From: Bdellovibrionales bacterium
GTDB taxonomy: Bacteria > Bdellovibrionota > Bdellovibrionia > Bdellovibrionales > UBA840
NCBI GenBank assembly: GCA_045110695.1
Contig: JBGCGH010000023.1
Location: 34,238 to 98,237 of the forward strand
DNA: 64,000 nucleotides
Direction: 5' to 3'
Part shown: piece by piece, positions 8,965 to 17,700 of the stretch
How the letters are laid out: every line of letters starts with the position of its first letter
How positions within the stretch are numbered: the first letter of the stretch is position 1
Translations under genes and position numbers: made by a program
The notes under the pieces: generated by a model
The model's database searches: none
What the model saw: the letters and a program-made list of their open reading frames with translations, nothing else
What the model was told of the DNA's origin: nothing

Positions 8965-11019
8965 TTATAGTTTTCCAAACGGAAAGCCAATGCTTGTAAA
9001 AGTCTTCCGTCCGTTTTTTGCTTTTGGAAACTTAATCTTCCTAATTACTCCGATTACACATGAATTTAAGGTCTTGCCATTGTTAATTTCAGTAGACTTC
9101 ACTTTTGCATTCGACACTCGTCCCGCTCCAGAGATTTCCCAATCGTATTCTACTCGACCACTTAAGTTACTATCATCGAGTAGTGCCTGCTCATAACATT
9201 GCTGAATTTTAGATTGATGCTTTTTTATTTCTGATTTTATCTGCTTTTCCGTCAATCCTGGATTACCGGAAAGCTCCAATGTAGAGGAGTCTACAATTTG
9301 CCCCTCGATAGCAGACCCGGTTGCTGTACCAGATACACCCTGGGTACCATAACCTTCATCACCGGAAGAGCCAGTTGTTTTGACTCGATTCACGGTGCCC
9401 TCTCTACCTGCACCTGTATTATTTAGTTTTAGCTCATCAGCTAAAATCCCGACAGATTCCTGTGGAATCATTTTTGTTGGGTCTACTTTTGCAATTTGAA
9501 TATTCTTTGTCCCAGTTGGAGCTGTTGGAAGGCCTGCTCCTAAAATAGATTGGAGTGCACCCATTTGCTTAATATTCTTTTCCTTGCTAGCAGCTTTCTG
9601 TGCTCTGGTTGCGCTAGGTCTTTTAACGGATCTAGACTCCATTTTGATTGGAGTTTTGCTAAATGATTTTTTTGTTTTCACCGCAACTTTTTTGGCCTTT
9701 CTCGGCTTACGAGCCGGCTTTAAAGGAAGTACTTTTTTGGGCTTAGGCTTTGGTTTCACCTTTACTTTAGGTTTAGGTTTAGGTTTAGGTTCTACTTTTT
9801 TCACTATTTTTTTAGGTTCTTCCTTTTTAGGCTCTATTTTTTTAGGCTCTATTTTTTTCGGCTCGAGTTTTGGCTTTGGTTTTTCAGATTCCGGTGGTTT
9901 GGGGTTTTCAATAATAGGTTTGGGAGGCTCTGGAGGCTTGGGTAATGGCTTAGTCAGAAGTTTTGCATATCTCTTCGGTACGTCTTTTAATTTCGGATAC
10001 TCTCTTTCCTCAGGGGCGAAAAACAGGGCAAACATTAGTATTAGTATGTGAAAAATCACACTACCAGTTATGATTTCTAAGTTCTGAGAGGGGGCCCCAT
10101 TTAAACTTCCATCTGATAGACTTTTAGTTACTGGAATCCTTCGTAGATAGAGAAAAGTATGATCGTCAAAACGTATGACAAACTGATCATTGTCTTCTAG
10201 GTAGATCATAGCTTTGTTAATTCCAGGATCGTACGGAATTTGACCCCATTCTTGCTCAGGAGAAAGTAGCTTACACTGGGTTCCCCTAGGGATATTAACT
10301 CTTAGCCCCTTCTTTTGTAATCTAGCGTATTGTCTATAGCGGTTTACCACGGGAACTTGTAAACTTGCCTCTTCGCCAGGGCCCACTATAAGATTCTCAC
10401 CCTCTCTTAGCTGGCGACTAGAAATTAACTTTCCATTCCAAAACAAATTAGCCTCTAGGCTTTTGCGGCGTTTTTTAAGGGAGTCATGAACAATATAATT
10501 ATTCAAAAATGGAGAATTTTTGTATTTTGCAATTCCATCCTCGGGTAAAATCTCTGCTAGATCACCGGCTACTGTATACTCCATTTGCTCTTTTATAATT
10601 TCCTGAGCCTGATCTTGAAAATTAATAAATGTAGCATCGTCAATATTGGTCCCTGGAGAGGTCTTTTCATCGTAAACACTACCTGTTAGCTCCACATTTG
10701 GACTACTATTGTCAGATAGAAAAAAGCCAACCTCACACTTGATATCTCCTGGGATTTCAAAAACTTCCGCATCCACAATAGTAAAGGAGCCCACTGAAAT
10801 TCCATTTACCTTGATAGAATTATGCTGGCTTGAGACATCAGTGATATTAAATACCTCTCCCTCTTTCTTTATTACTATATGTACCTTATCTAAAGAATCC
10901 TCTGGAACAGTACAATTACAAGCCTCATCTCTTCCGATAGAAAATGGTAAAGGAATAGCAGTTAGATCGACCACCAACTTATTTTTCCAATACATTTTAA
11001 GGTAGATACTTTCAGTCAC
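8965..11019 (-). CDS. FHA domain / Pro-Lys-rich spacer / TonB-like AgmX-PglI C-terminal domain protein (GltG/GltJ-like)
   Basis: N-terminus is FHA-like (FSIGRDEACNCTV...ITDVSSQHNSIKVNG). One TM segment. Long KP/EPKK repeat spacer. The C-terminus (IQQCYEQALLDDSNLSGRVEYDWEISGAGRV...) resembles the AgmX/PglI (TonB-C-like) domain. GTG start with GTGA overlap; ATG at 10995 is an alternative start. Confidence 0.7.
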   Translation of the reverse strand: MTESIYLKMYWKNKLVVDLTAIPLPFSIGRDEACNCTVPEDSLDKVHIVIKKEGEVFNITDVSSQHNSIKVNGISVGSFTIVDAEVFEIPGDIKCEVGFFLSDNSSPNVELTGSVYDEKTSPGTNIDDATFINFQDQAQEIIKEQMEYTVAGDLAEILPEDGIAKYKNSPFLNNYIVHDSLKKRRKSLEANLFWNGKLISSRQLREGENLIVGPGEEASLQVPVVNRYRQYARLQKKGLRVNIPRGTQCKLLSPEQEWGQIPYDPGINKAMIYLEDNDQFVIRFDDHTFLYLRRIPVTKSLSDGSLNGAPSQNLEIITGSVIFHILILMFALFFAPEEREYPKLKDVPKRYAKLLTKPLPKPPEPPKPIIENPKPPESEKPKPKLEPKKIEPKKIEPKKEEPKKIVKKVEPKPKPKPKVKVKPKPKPKKVLPLKPARKPRKAKKVAVKTKKSFSKTPIKMESRSVKRPSATRAQKAASKEKNIKQMGALQSILGAGLPTAPTGTKNIQIAKVDPTKMIPQESVGILADELKLNNTGAGREGTVNRVKTTGSSGDEGYGTQGVSGTATGSAIEGQIVDSSTLELSGNPGLTEKQIKSEIKKHQSKIQQCYEQALLDDSNLSGRVEYDWEISGAGRVSNAKVKSTEINNGKTLNSCVIGVIRKIKFPKAKNGRKTFTSIGFPFGKL
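9766..9862. repeat. In-frame tandem repeats encoding KPKPKP / EPKKIEPKKI
   Basis: (TTTAGG)x4 at 9766-9790. Two copies of a 15-mer, TTAGGCTCTATTTTT, at about 9826-9862. Both lie inside the Pro/Lys-rich spacer of the GltG-like CDS. Confidence 0.8.
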
Positions 11020-14000
11020 TTTAAATACCTCGGCAGTAGGCGGTAGTAGGTAAAACTAGTGTTTGCCCCGGTTGGATCGTATTTAAAAAACTTATCTAGG
11101 GCTCGTGAAATATTAATTAAATTTATATTTCTAGGATCCATAGAGCGAACTTTTTCGCTATACAGTAAGGCTCTCTCCATTGAATTAGAGTTTAAATCTG
11201 CAAGCAAGAGGAGATTGTAAGCCTCCGCCTCGTTCGGAGCTATTTCCAAAAGCCTACCAGCGGTAACAACAGCTTCTGCAATACGCTTGTCTTCCAATAG
11301 GCTAAAAACAAGCTGCTTGTATAGCTCAATATCTCTCGGTTTATCAAAGAGTCTTGCTCGGATCGACCTTATGCCATCTCCATAATTTTCTTTAAATTCT
11401 AGTTTTTTTGGTTTAAAGAATATTCTCTTTTTAGCCTGACAGCTCAAGATATAGTCATTGTAAATTCTATTTTTCTTCCCTAACTTAAAGCACTGATCAT
11501 AGTAAGAGCTGGCTGAATCCAGATAAGGCTTTGCTTGTTGAGATAGAATATCTCTATACTGTTTACTCTGTACTTTTGTTAGACCTTTTGGGATCGGTGC
11601 CTTTTGCACAAAGGACCCAAACTCATCGTTCAACTGTGCTAGGTTAAATAGACTAGCGACGGTCCATTTTGGATGACCTGACTGGATTATCTTATTTAAG
11701 TCTTCGGTAATCTTTTTCAAAATGGTGGCTTTTTTTGTTACTACTTTATCGATGTTTTTTGAAGAACGGAATCGTATCCTTTTAAAGTCCCTTACTTGAA
11801 TATCTGATCTTAAAAAATCAGCTTCAAGTTTTGTCTCGTTTTTACTTCCGGCTTTGGCCAGACTCTTACTGAGCCCTGCTAGACTTTTCTCGGCTGCTTT
11901 CCATTTTTTCTGTTTTATATACGCGTAGGACTCCCAAAGTCTAGCTTGTGAACCACCCACGACTTTAGCGCTTTTCTCTAAACTTTTCCAATCCTGAGAT
12001 TTAAAATCTATTTCAGCGATCTTCCTTTGATTGTTCAATTGCTCAAAAACTTCCCTAGCTTTCGGGAAGTCCCCTATACTTTCTAGGATTCTAGCAGCTT
12101 GTTTTCTAAAGCCTTTAGACTCTTTTGCTTTGGGATAGTTGTCCGAAAATACTAGCAGATATCTAGCCGCTCGAGAGAAGTCCGCCGTATTTAATGCAAT
12201 CTGAGCCATATCGCTGGCAACCTGCCTTACATACTTAGATTTTTTATATCTTTTTAGGAGCTCCTCTCCTGGCTCATACATCTTCTCTGATCTCTGGGAA
12301 CGATAAAGTAAAAAAGCCTCGAACAGTGCTTTATCGCCTAATTTTGACCCCTTATATCTATCTGCTAACTTCAAAAGATTTTTAGCATAGTCTCCAGATC
12401 TAAAATCTCCACTCTCTTTTTTGATTTTAAGAACTCTTGCTTGAGATAAAATACCTTTTACGGTTCGTCTTAAATCATTGTTTCTTACCTTGGATTTTTT
12501 GAGAAACCAAATAGAATCCTTTATCATTGAGTCGTAATCTTCCCGTTGATTATGTGTATCTAATAATTGGTTCACGGCTAGATTCACATAGGAATTCTTA
12601 GGATGAGCCACTATAAACTGCTTAAAACTCCTAATTGCACTATCAAAAAGTCTTTCATCATAATAAGTTTGAGCAATATTAAACTGTACGGTGGGAACAG
12701 TTTTAGATTTTTTATATCGAGATACAAAAGCCCGGCCTATTTGCCTGACTCCCCTTCTAGCCATATAGACCTCTACATCTTTTGTACCGCCGGGATTTTT
12801 CAATATTGCAATATAAGATTCTAAAGATGCTTTAATGGCGGAGAATCTCTTTCTTTTATTTTGAGTTCTTTTATAAAGCCGTTCAAAGGTTAAACCCGCT
12901 TCAAGATAGTCAGCGGTACGGAATAAATAGGCACCGTAGTTCCTCGTCATTGCCAAGCTAAACTTTTGCCCTTTAAACAAACGAAGATAAAGCTTATAGG
13001 CATTTTTAAGGTCAGACTGAATGTCTTTTCCTGCTCTATGACGCTTATCTAATTGAATGCAATAATATCTAAATATTCTTTCAATATTTTTTTTCAGCTT
13101 AGCCCGTTCTTTTTTCTCGTAAATCTCGGACTTTTCTACAAATTTGTGGGCCTCTAAAAGCGCTATCGGCAAGGATGGTATATCGATATTTTTTAATTCA
13201 GCCTTAGAAATATTAAATATATTTTCCACTGCATCGATCTTTTCCCTTGAGTTATTACTTAGCTGATGGAATTCGACCCAAGCATCTCTTGAGTCCTGAT
13301 ATCTTTTTTTAATACTCATTCTCTTTGCCAGGCGACGAAGTAGTTTAAGATAACTTGTATATCCAAAAGATAGTTTTCTAAAATGCTCTAAGGTTGATGT
13401 GGAAGGATCGTGAATCTTTGAGATATTTTTTAAGTCTATCTCTGAGTAGGGCCATACCATATCTAAAATGGAATTTTCTCTTATATCGATTTTCAATTCT
13501 ATCTGGTTATTTTTGACAATATCATTGGTGGACTCAATAGCTTTCTCAAATGAAAGATAGGAATCCAGAAACTTTCTCTCATTAATATATACCCAACCGA
13601 GCTTGTGATAGGCAACACCACTAAAGCTGTTTAGGCCACGATCCACAACGCCCTCAAAAGACTTACGGGCGGTATCTAGATCTTTTTTCACCTCTAAATA
13701 GAAATTTCCCATTGCAATACGACTTTCTTCCCAAAATTGCGAGCGGGGGAATTTTTGCGTTAGCTGGCGGTAAGTTTCTAGCATCTCTTCGCTTCTACCA
13801 AGCTCTCGCAGTTCGTGAGCTTTATAAAAAAGAGCTTTATCTCTATCAGGATGATTTCCAAATTTATCAAAGAAGCTTTCATATACAGCTATTGCCTCAT
13901 CCTTTGGCCTCTTCTCTAAGGTAAAATCCAAATCTTTCTGCGGAACTTCTGGATTTTCCAAAATTTTTATTTGATATAAATACCTGCTTTTCTCAGTTAA

Positions 14001-14201
14001 ATATTCTGCAAGGACAAAATATAGATCAGCAAGGAATGTTGCATCCTGCATAGATTTCATTTGCTCTTTGGTGTTCTCGATATTTTTATCTACTCTACTA
14101 AGTTCCCGCTCCAATTGAGGCAGCCCCTTAGATTGAAAATCCTGGCTCTGAATATTCACAGAGAAAAATGTAATAAGAAAAAGAGCAACTACCCTACTCA
14201 T
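11016..14201 (-). CDS. Large periplasmic TPR-repeat protein (GltD/AgmU-like size and context)
   Basis: 1061 aa. Signal peptide MSRVVALFLITFFSVNIQS. All-helical repeat composition with many A/Y/L TPR-like units. Overlaps both neighbours (coupled). Confidence 0.6.
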   Translation of the reverse strand: MSRVVALFLITFFSVNIQSQDFQSKGLPQLERELSRVDKNIENTKEQMKSMQDATFLADLYFVLAEYLTEKSRYLYQIKILENPEVPQKDLDFTLEKRPKDEAIAVYESFFDKFGNHPDRDKALFYKAHELRELGRSEEMLETYRQLTQKFPRSQFWEESRIAMGNFYLEVKKDLDTARKSFEGVVDRGLNSFSGVAYHKLGWVYINERKFLDSYLSFEKAIESTNDIVKNNQIELKIDIRENSILDMVWPYSEIDLKNISKIHDPSTSTLEHFRKLSFGYTSYLKLLRRLAKRMSIKKRYQDSRDAWVEFHQLSNNSREKIDAVENIFNISKAELKNIDIPSLPIALLEAHKFVEKSEIYEKKERAKLKKNIERIFRYYCIQLDKRHRAGKDIQSDLKNAYKLYLRLFKGQKFSLAMTRNYGAYLFRTADYLEAGLTFERLYKRTQNKRKRFSAIKASLESYIAILKNPGGTKDVEVYMARRGVRQIGRAFVSRYKKSKTVPTVQFNIAQTYYDERLFDSAIRSFKQFIVAHPKNSYVNLAVNQLLDTHNQREDYDSMIKDSIWFLKKSKVRNNDLRRTVKGILSQARVLKIKKESGDFRSGDYAKNLLKLADRYKGSKLGDKALFEAFLLYRSQRSEKMYEPGEELLKRYKKSKYVRQVASDMAQIALNTADFSRAARYLLVFSDNYPKAKESKGFRKQAARILESIGDFPKAREVFEQLNNQRKIAEIDFKSQDWKSLEKSAKVVGGSQARLWESYAYIKQKKWKAAEKSLAGLSKSLAKAGSKNETKLEADFLRSDIQVRDFKRIRFRSSKNIDKVVTKKATILKKITEDLNKIIQSGHPKWTVASLFNLAQLNDEFGSFVQKAPIPKGLTKVQSKQYRDILSQQAKPYLDSASSYYDQCFKLGKKNRIYNDYILSCQAKKRIFFKPKKLEFKENYGDGIRSIRARLFDKPRDIELYKQLVFSLLEDKRIAEAVVTAGRLLEIAPNEAEAYNLLLLADLNSNSMERALLYSEKVRSMDPRNINLINISRALDKFFKYDPTGANTSFTYYRLLPRYLK

Positions 14202-15669
14202 CGGCCGAGACCTCCGATTCCTCTTTATTGCACTTTGAGTTTACAAGTACTCGATAATCCTCAAATTCCTGTAACCAAAATTCACCGCCACTTTTCCAAA
14301 ATAATTTGTCAAACTTATATTTTTTAGGCTTTTCAGACTCATAGCCTTCTTTATTTACATTGAGCTGATTTCTTTCAATCTCAGAGGAATACTTTAAAAA
14401 ATTTATTTCTTGTCGAATTTTTAAAAGATTATCAGCTTCGGCCATGCTTCTGTCACGAGTCTCAAACTCAATATACTCTTTTTGTTCTTTTAGAATCTCA
14501 TCCAGTTTTTGTTTTATAACTTTGTTCAAAGAGGAATTTTTAAGAAATTTATTTTTAGAAATTTTATTAATATTTCTTATCATCTGAACTGTAGGCAAAA
14601 GATCTTCGGATCTAAAAACCAATTGTATAAGCTTTACTTCTTCTGCAAGACGCAATCTAGCATTTAATGCAAAAAAACTATCCTCAAAATAATTCAAGAA
14701 TTGGGTTTCCACTCTTTTAATTTCGTCATAATAGCATAAGTCTTTATAAATCAGAGCCTCTAAAACAAACTGCTCTGGATCTGCCGAACTCACATAGTAA
14801 GGTGCCTTTAAAAGATGAAGTAGTCCTAGACTATGACTGAAATCTTTAGCGTAATATTTAGACCATGCCATTTCGAGCAACACTGTGGATGAAAGTTTCT
14901 CATCAAAAACTTTCAATTCTTTATAAACCTCAAAAGCCTTTTGCATTTCCCCGATTTCAAATAGAAATCTGGCTGCAAACAGACGAAGCTTCTCCTGATT
15001 TCGCTCTGGGATTAAGCTTGTATCTAAAAAATTTTTTATTGAGTTATAGGCACCTACTCCAGTTGCTAATTTTAGCCCGTCAATCAGCTTGTCAAACTTG
15101 TAAATATTATGCCAAATTGAGTTTTCATTGATTCTTTTTTTTGACTGTCCAGCCCAATCCAGGAATCCCTTTTTAATGAAAAACTTCATTTGAATATAGG
15201 AAATGAATGACTGAGCCTCAGGGTGCATCCCTTCAATAGACTGACCTAAAAACCAAGATTCCAACATTTTACTGGGCACAAAAAGATTATACTTTGTTAT
15301 CAAATTAGATATCTCAATTGTCGCTCTCTCGAAATACTTAGTGCCTTTTGCTTTTTCTATAATGTAGGAATAAATAGCTAGTGCCGGCCAATAATTCTTT
15401 TCGCTCACAAGCTTTTCAGTTAGTAGTATCAGACTTTCAAAATTTGCAACTTCTAGTTCAGACTCCTCAAATTCTAAATCTAAGGCCTCATAAAATTCTT
15501 TGAGTTCTTCGTCTTTCTTTGCCTCTAAATAACGTTGTTTTAGGCTCGCATCATCATAGCTATAAGTATAGGCTTTCCAATCCCTTGTCAGACTCTCAGT
15601 CGTAAATTGCCCCTGTGACTTTTGAAAGACTAAAACAAATAAAACTATAGTTGCGGCTCGAAACCCCAT
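14194..15669 (-). CDS. Periplasmic helical-repeat (TPR-like) protein (GltE/AglT-like size and context)
   Basis: 491 aa. Signal peptide MGFRAATIVLFVLVFQKSQG. Helical-repeat composition. 8-nt overlap with the downstream TPR gene. Confidence 0.5.
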   Translation of the reverse strand: MGFRAATIVLFVLVFQKSQGQFTTESLTRDWKAYTYSYDDASLKQRYLEAKKDEELKEFYEALDLEFEESELEVANFESLILLTEKLVSEKNYWPALAIYSYIIEKAKGTKYFERATIEISNLITKYNLFVPSKMLESWFLGQSIEGMHPEAQSFISYIQMKFFIKKGFLDWAGQSKKRINENSIWHNIYKFDKLIDGLKLATGVGAYNSIKNFLDTSLIPERNQEKLRLFAARFLFEIGEMQKAFEVYKELKVFDEKLSSTVLLEMAWSKYYAKDFSHSLGLLHLLKAPYYVSSADPEQFVLEALIYKDLCYYDEIKRVETQFLNYFEDSFFALNARLRLAEEVKLIQLVFRSEDLLPTVQMIRNINKISKNKFLKNSSLNKVIKQKLDEILKEQKEYIEFETRDRSMAEADNLLKIRQEINFLKYSSEIERNQLNVNKEGYESEKPKKYKFDKLFWKSGGEFWLQEFEDYRVLVNSKCNKEESEVSADE

Positions 15670-16350
15670 CTATAGAGCCTTCTTTTTAAGATATTTCGGT
15701 GGATCTCCTAGTTGAAAACTATAGTCGGCACCAACATAAAGAAAACTCCTTACGCCATCGATTTCATCAAAATGAATATTTAAATCAAAAGCAAGTTTCC
15801 AAGACCGCCCAAGCTCAGTGTAATACCTAGTGTATGCCCCCAAACCTATTAAGGGCTGATAGCCTGTTTCTTTAAACTTCACCCCACCGAGCGACAATCT
15901 AAAGCTGGTTTCGTTATTAATAAGTTTTGAATTGAACATTAGGGTTTTAGAATAGTACGGCGTATAGATCCAACTAGTTGTTATAATGTGATCAATATAG
16001 TCTAACTTTCCTTTGAAATTATTAGAATTTAAATCGACACCCAAATCTATCAAATCCGTTTTTAGGGTCTGCTCTAAGTTAAAACTTTGTCGAAATTGAA
16101 TAATCTCCCAAGCGCTATAGTTCTCGTAAAAATAGGTGTACGAAACTCCTAGGGTCACCCCCTTGTTGAAGGCATCTGAAGGAAGTAATCCGAGGCCCAC
16201 ACTAAGATCATGATCGAGATAATTGGACTTATTTTGAATAGCTACAAGCTCTGGTGCTTTAAACACTTCTTCAGGTAACTCGGCGAAAAGTAACTGAGTC
16301 ACTAAAGTTATTGAAATAATTAGATATTTGTTCACAAGTATCCCCCTCAC
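15670..16350 (-). CDS. Putative outer-membrane beta-barrel protein (first gene of the gliding operon)
   Basis: 226 aa. Signal-like N-terminus. Alternating hydrophobic/aromatic beta-strand pattern (GVTLGVSYTYFY, LAFDLNIHF, LYVGADYSFQL). Its stop abuts the next ATG. Confidence 0.45.
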   Translation of the reverse strand: MRGILVNKYLIISITLVTQLLFAELPEEVFKAPELVAIQNKSNYLDHDLSVGLGLLPSDAFNKGVTLGVSYTYFYENYSAWEIIQFRQSFNLEQTLKTDLIDLGVDLNSNNFKGKLDYIDHIITTSWIYTPYYSKTLMFNSKLINNETSFRLSLGGVKFKETGYQPLIGLGAYTRYYTELGRSWKLAFDLNIHFDEIDGVRSFLYVGADYSFQLGDPPKYLKKKAL

Positions 16351-16512
16351 TTAGTCTAAATTTAGTAGATGACGCTGGGTATTTAAATCGTTGATTACAA
16401 CCTTTAGTAGTGCGATCAAAGTAGTAATAGTACAGACCTAGGTAATATATAGTTTTCCCCCATTAGAATTGATAAAATTGACTTTAGCTTGATTCAAGTT
16501 TGAAATGATAAA

Positions 16513-16920
16513 ATGGGAAAGATTCTAGTTGTTTTCGCAACCATTTTTGCAGTCATAGGTACAGGCGTATATCTTTACTACAATGAAAATCCAACCAACA
16601 AAGAAAGACGATTAAGAAGAATTAAAAATAATATCCATAGCTTAAAAACCACAAACAAGTGTCTCTCAATTCTAGATTGCAAAATGGTAATTCTCCCAAC
16701 ACAAGACTGTATTCCTATAGACTATATGATCAGCTATACAAAAAAAGATAAAAACACCCCTGAGATCATACAATTGATTTCGAAATACAAGAGCCTCTAT
16801 CGAGAGGTACACGGGCGCAAACAAAACTATGACTGTGCTCGCTATAACAAACCTAAATTACGTTGCCTAAAAGGGGAATGTAAAATTAATGCCAAATCCA
16901 CATATATAGAGGGTAACTAA
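16513..16920 (+). CDS. Hypothetical membrane-anchored Cys-rich protein
   Basis: 135 aa with an N-terminal TM helix (ILVVFATIFAVIGTGVYLYY) and 8 Cys. I recognise no family. Confidence 0.45.
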   Translation: MGKILVVFATIFAVIGTGVYLYYNENPTNKERRLRRIKNNIHSLKTTNKCLSILDCKMVILPTQDCIPIDYMISYTKKDKNTPEIIQLISKYKSLYREVHGRKQNYDCARYNKPKLRCLKGECKINAKSTYIEGN

Positions 16921-16921
16921 T

Positions 16922-17407
16922 ATGAGTCCAAGTATTGCCAAAGCGACTAGTGGTGCTGGTATCATTGTATTTCATCAGGAAAAAATCCTTCTTGTTCAAA
17001 TGAACTATGGACGTTTCAAGGGACATTGGATTATACCCGGCGGATCAGTAGACGAAGGAGAACATCCTGATGAGACCGCACTTAGAGAACTAAAAGAAGA
17101 GACGGGACTCGAAGGTAGAATCGATGGCCTACTGGCAGTTAGATACCGTCAGAAAAATCTAAAAAACAATACCTACTGGGTATTTTCTGGAAGCATACTG
17201 ACTAAGAATCCTGAGCAATCACTCCAGTGGCCAAAAGAAGAGCTAATAGAAGCAAGGTTTTGGACTTTAGATGATTGCATGAAAGATGATCTTGTTAGAC
17301 CACTAACCAAAGTATTCATTAACAAGTTTATCGATTCAAAAAACCTAGCGAAGAGCTATGAAATCCCAACAGACAAGGATCAAAACGACCGTATATACGG
17401 ATTATAG
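16922..17407 (+). CDS. NUDIX hydrolase
   Basis: Nudix box GGSVDEGEHPDETALRELKEETGL (Gx5Ex7REUxEExGU). Confidence 0.9.
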   Translation: MSPSIAKATSGAGIIVFHQEKILLVQMNYGRFKGHWIIPGGSVDEGEHPDETALRELKEETGLEGRIDGLLAVRYRQKNLKNNTYWVFSGSILTKNPEQSLQWPKEELIEARFWTLDDCMKDDLVRPLTKVFINKFIDSKNLAKSYEIPTDKDQNDRIYGL

Positions 17408-17477
17408 ACCTAATTCGGACTAAACCTTGCAGATTTTTCATTAATCAATTGATTATTTAATTAATTCAAACAAGTAT

Positions 17478-17506
17478 TTGATAAATCACCTTAGGCGACC
17501 TATAAA
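17478..17506 (+). promoter_or_regulatory. Sigma70-type promoter of the G-tract RNA
   Basis: TTGATA (17478-17483), exactly 17 nt spacer, TATAAA (17501-17506). Confidence 0.5.
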
Positions 17507-17512
17507 ACAAAT

Positions 17513-17619
17513 GTCTCGACGGGGGGATAAGAGCTGGGGGGCTCTTTAGCAGATTTCGGGGGGAATACTGCTAGTTTAAGGGGGGTATAGGGGCCAACGA
17601 GAGTTGGCCCTCTTTTTTT
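17513..17619 (+). ncRNA. Candidate small RNA with four G6 tracts (unrecognised family)
   Basis: Bounded by the promoter above and an intrinsic terminator. G6 tracts at 17521-26, 17536-41, 17558-63 and 17580-85. Hairpins at 17529-17546 (loop UGGGGG) and 17549-17571 (loop UCGGGGGG). The only ORF is a 12-codon one that would have to be leaderless. Confidence 0.45.
17591..17619 (+). terminator. Rho-independent terminator
   Basis: GGGCCAAC-GAGA-GTTGGCCC (8-bp stem, GNRA-type loop) followed by TCTTTTTTT. Confidence 0.7.
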
Positions 17620-17629
17620 GAACACTCAT

Positions 17630-17676
17630 TTGAGAAAGTTGAACTTTTGTGCTATTATTGTCCGAAACAGGAACAA
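17630..17676 (+). promoter_or_regulatory. Promoter and operator-like inverted repeat of the TetR-GNAT operon
   Basis: TTGAGA (17630-35), 17 nt spacer, TATTAT (17653-58). Imperfect inverted repeat TTGTCC-gaaaca-GGAACAA (17658-17676) overlaps the -10/+1 region. Confidence 0.45.
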
Positions 17677-17700
17677 TACCCCCGAATATCGGAGCCCCTT

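Noticed and set aside
8376-10051. + strand ORFs 8376..8714 and 9584..10051 (Ala/Gly/Phe-rich)
   Set aside because: They are shadow ORFs on the opposite strand of the ExbB-like and Pro/Lys-rich GltG-like genes. Their repetitive GLGF/LGS composition mirrors the KP repeats. The same reasoning applies to the other short antisense ORFs in the track (e.g. 2354, 12603, 13712, 14865, 22301, 23361, 38895, 40173, 40601, 41192, 54400, 54679, 57949, 62650).
17411-17424. 12-mer ATTCGGACTAAA shared between the region upstream of the G6 RNA and the SRP RNA promoter spacer (38636-38647)
   Set aside because: Chance 12-mer matches are expected many times over in a 64-kb AT-rich window. There is no extended similarity around it.
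17511-17549. 12-codon ORF (MSRRGDKSWGAL) inside the G6 RNA as a leader peptide
   Set aside because: It would have to be leaderless, starting 5 nt after the -10. It has no SD, and the downstream TetR gene has its own promoter after the terminator.
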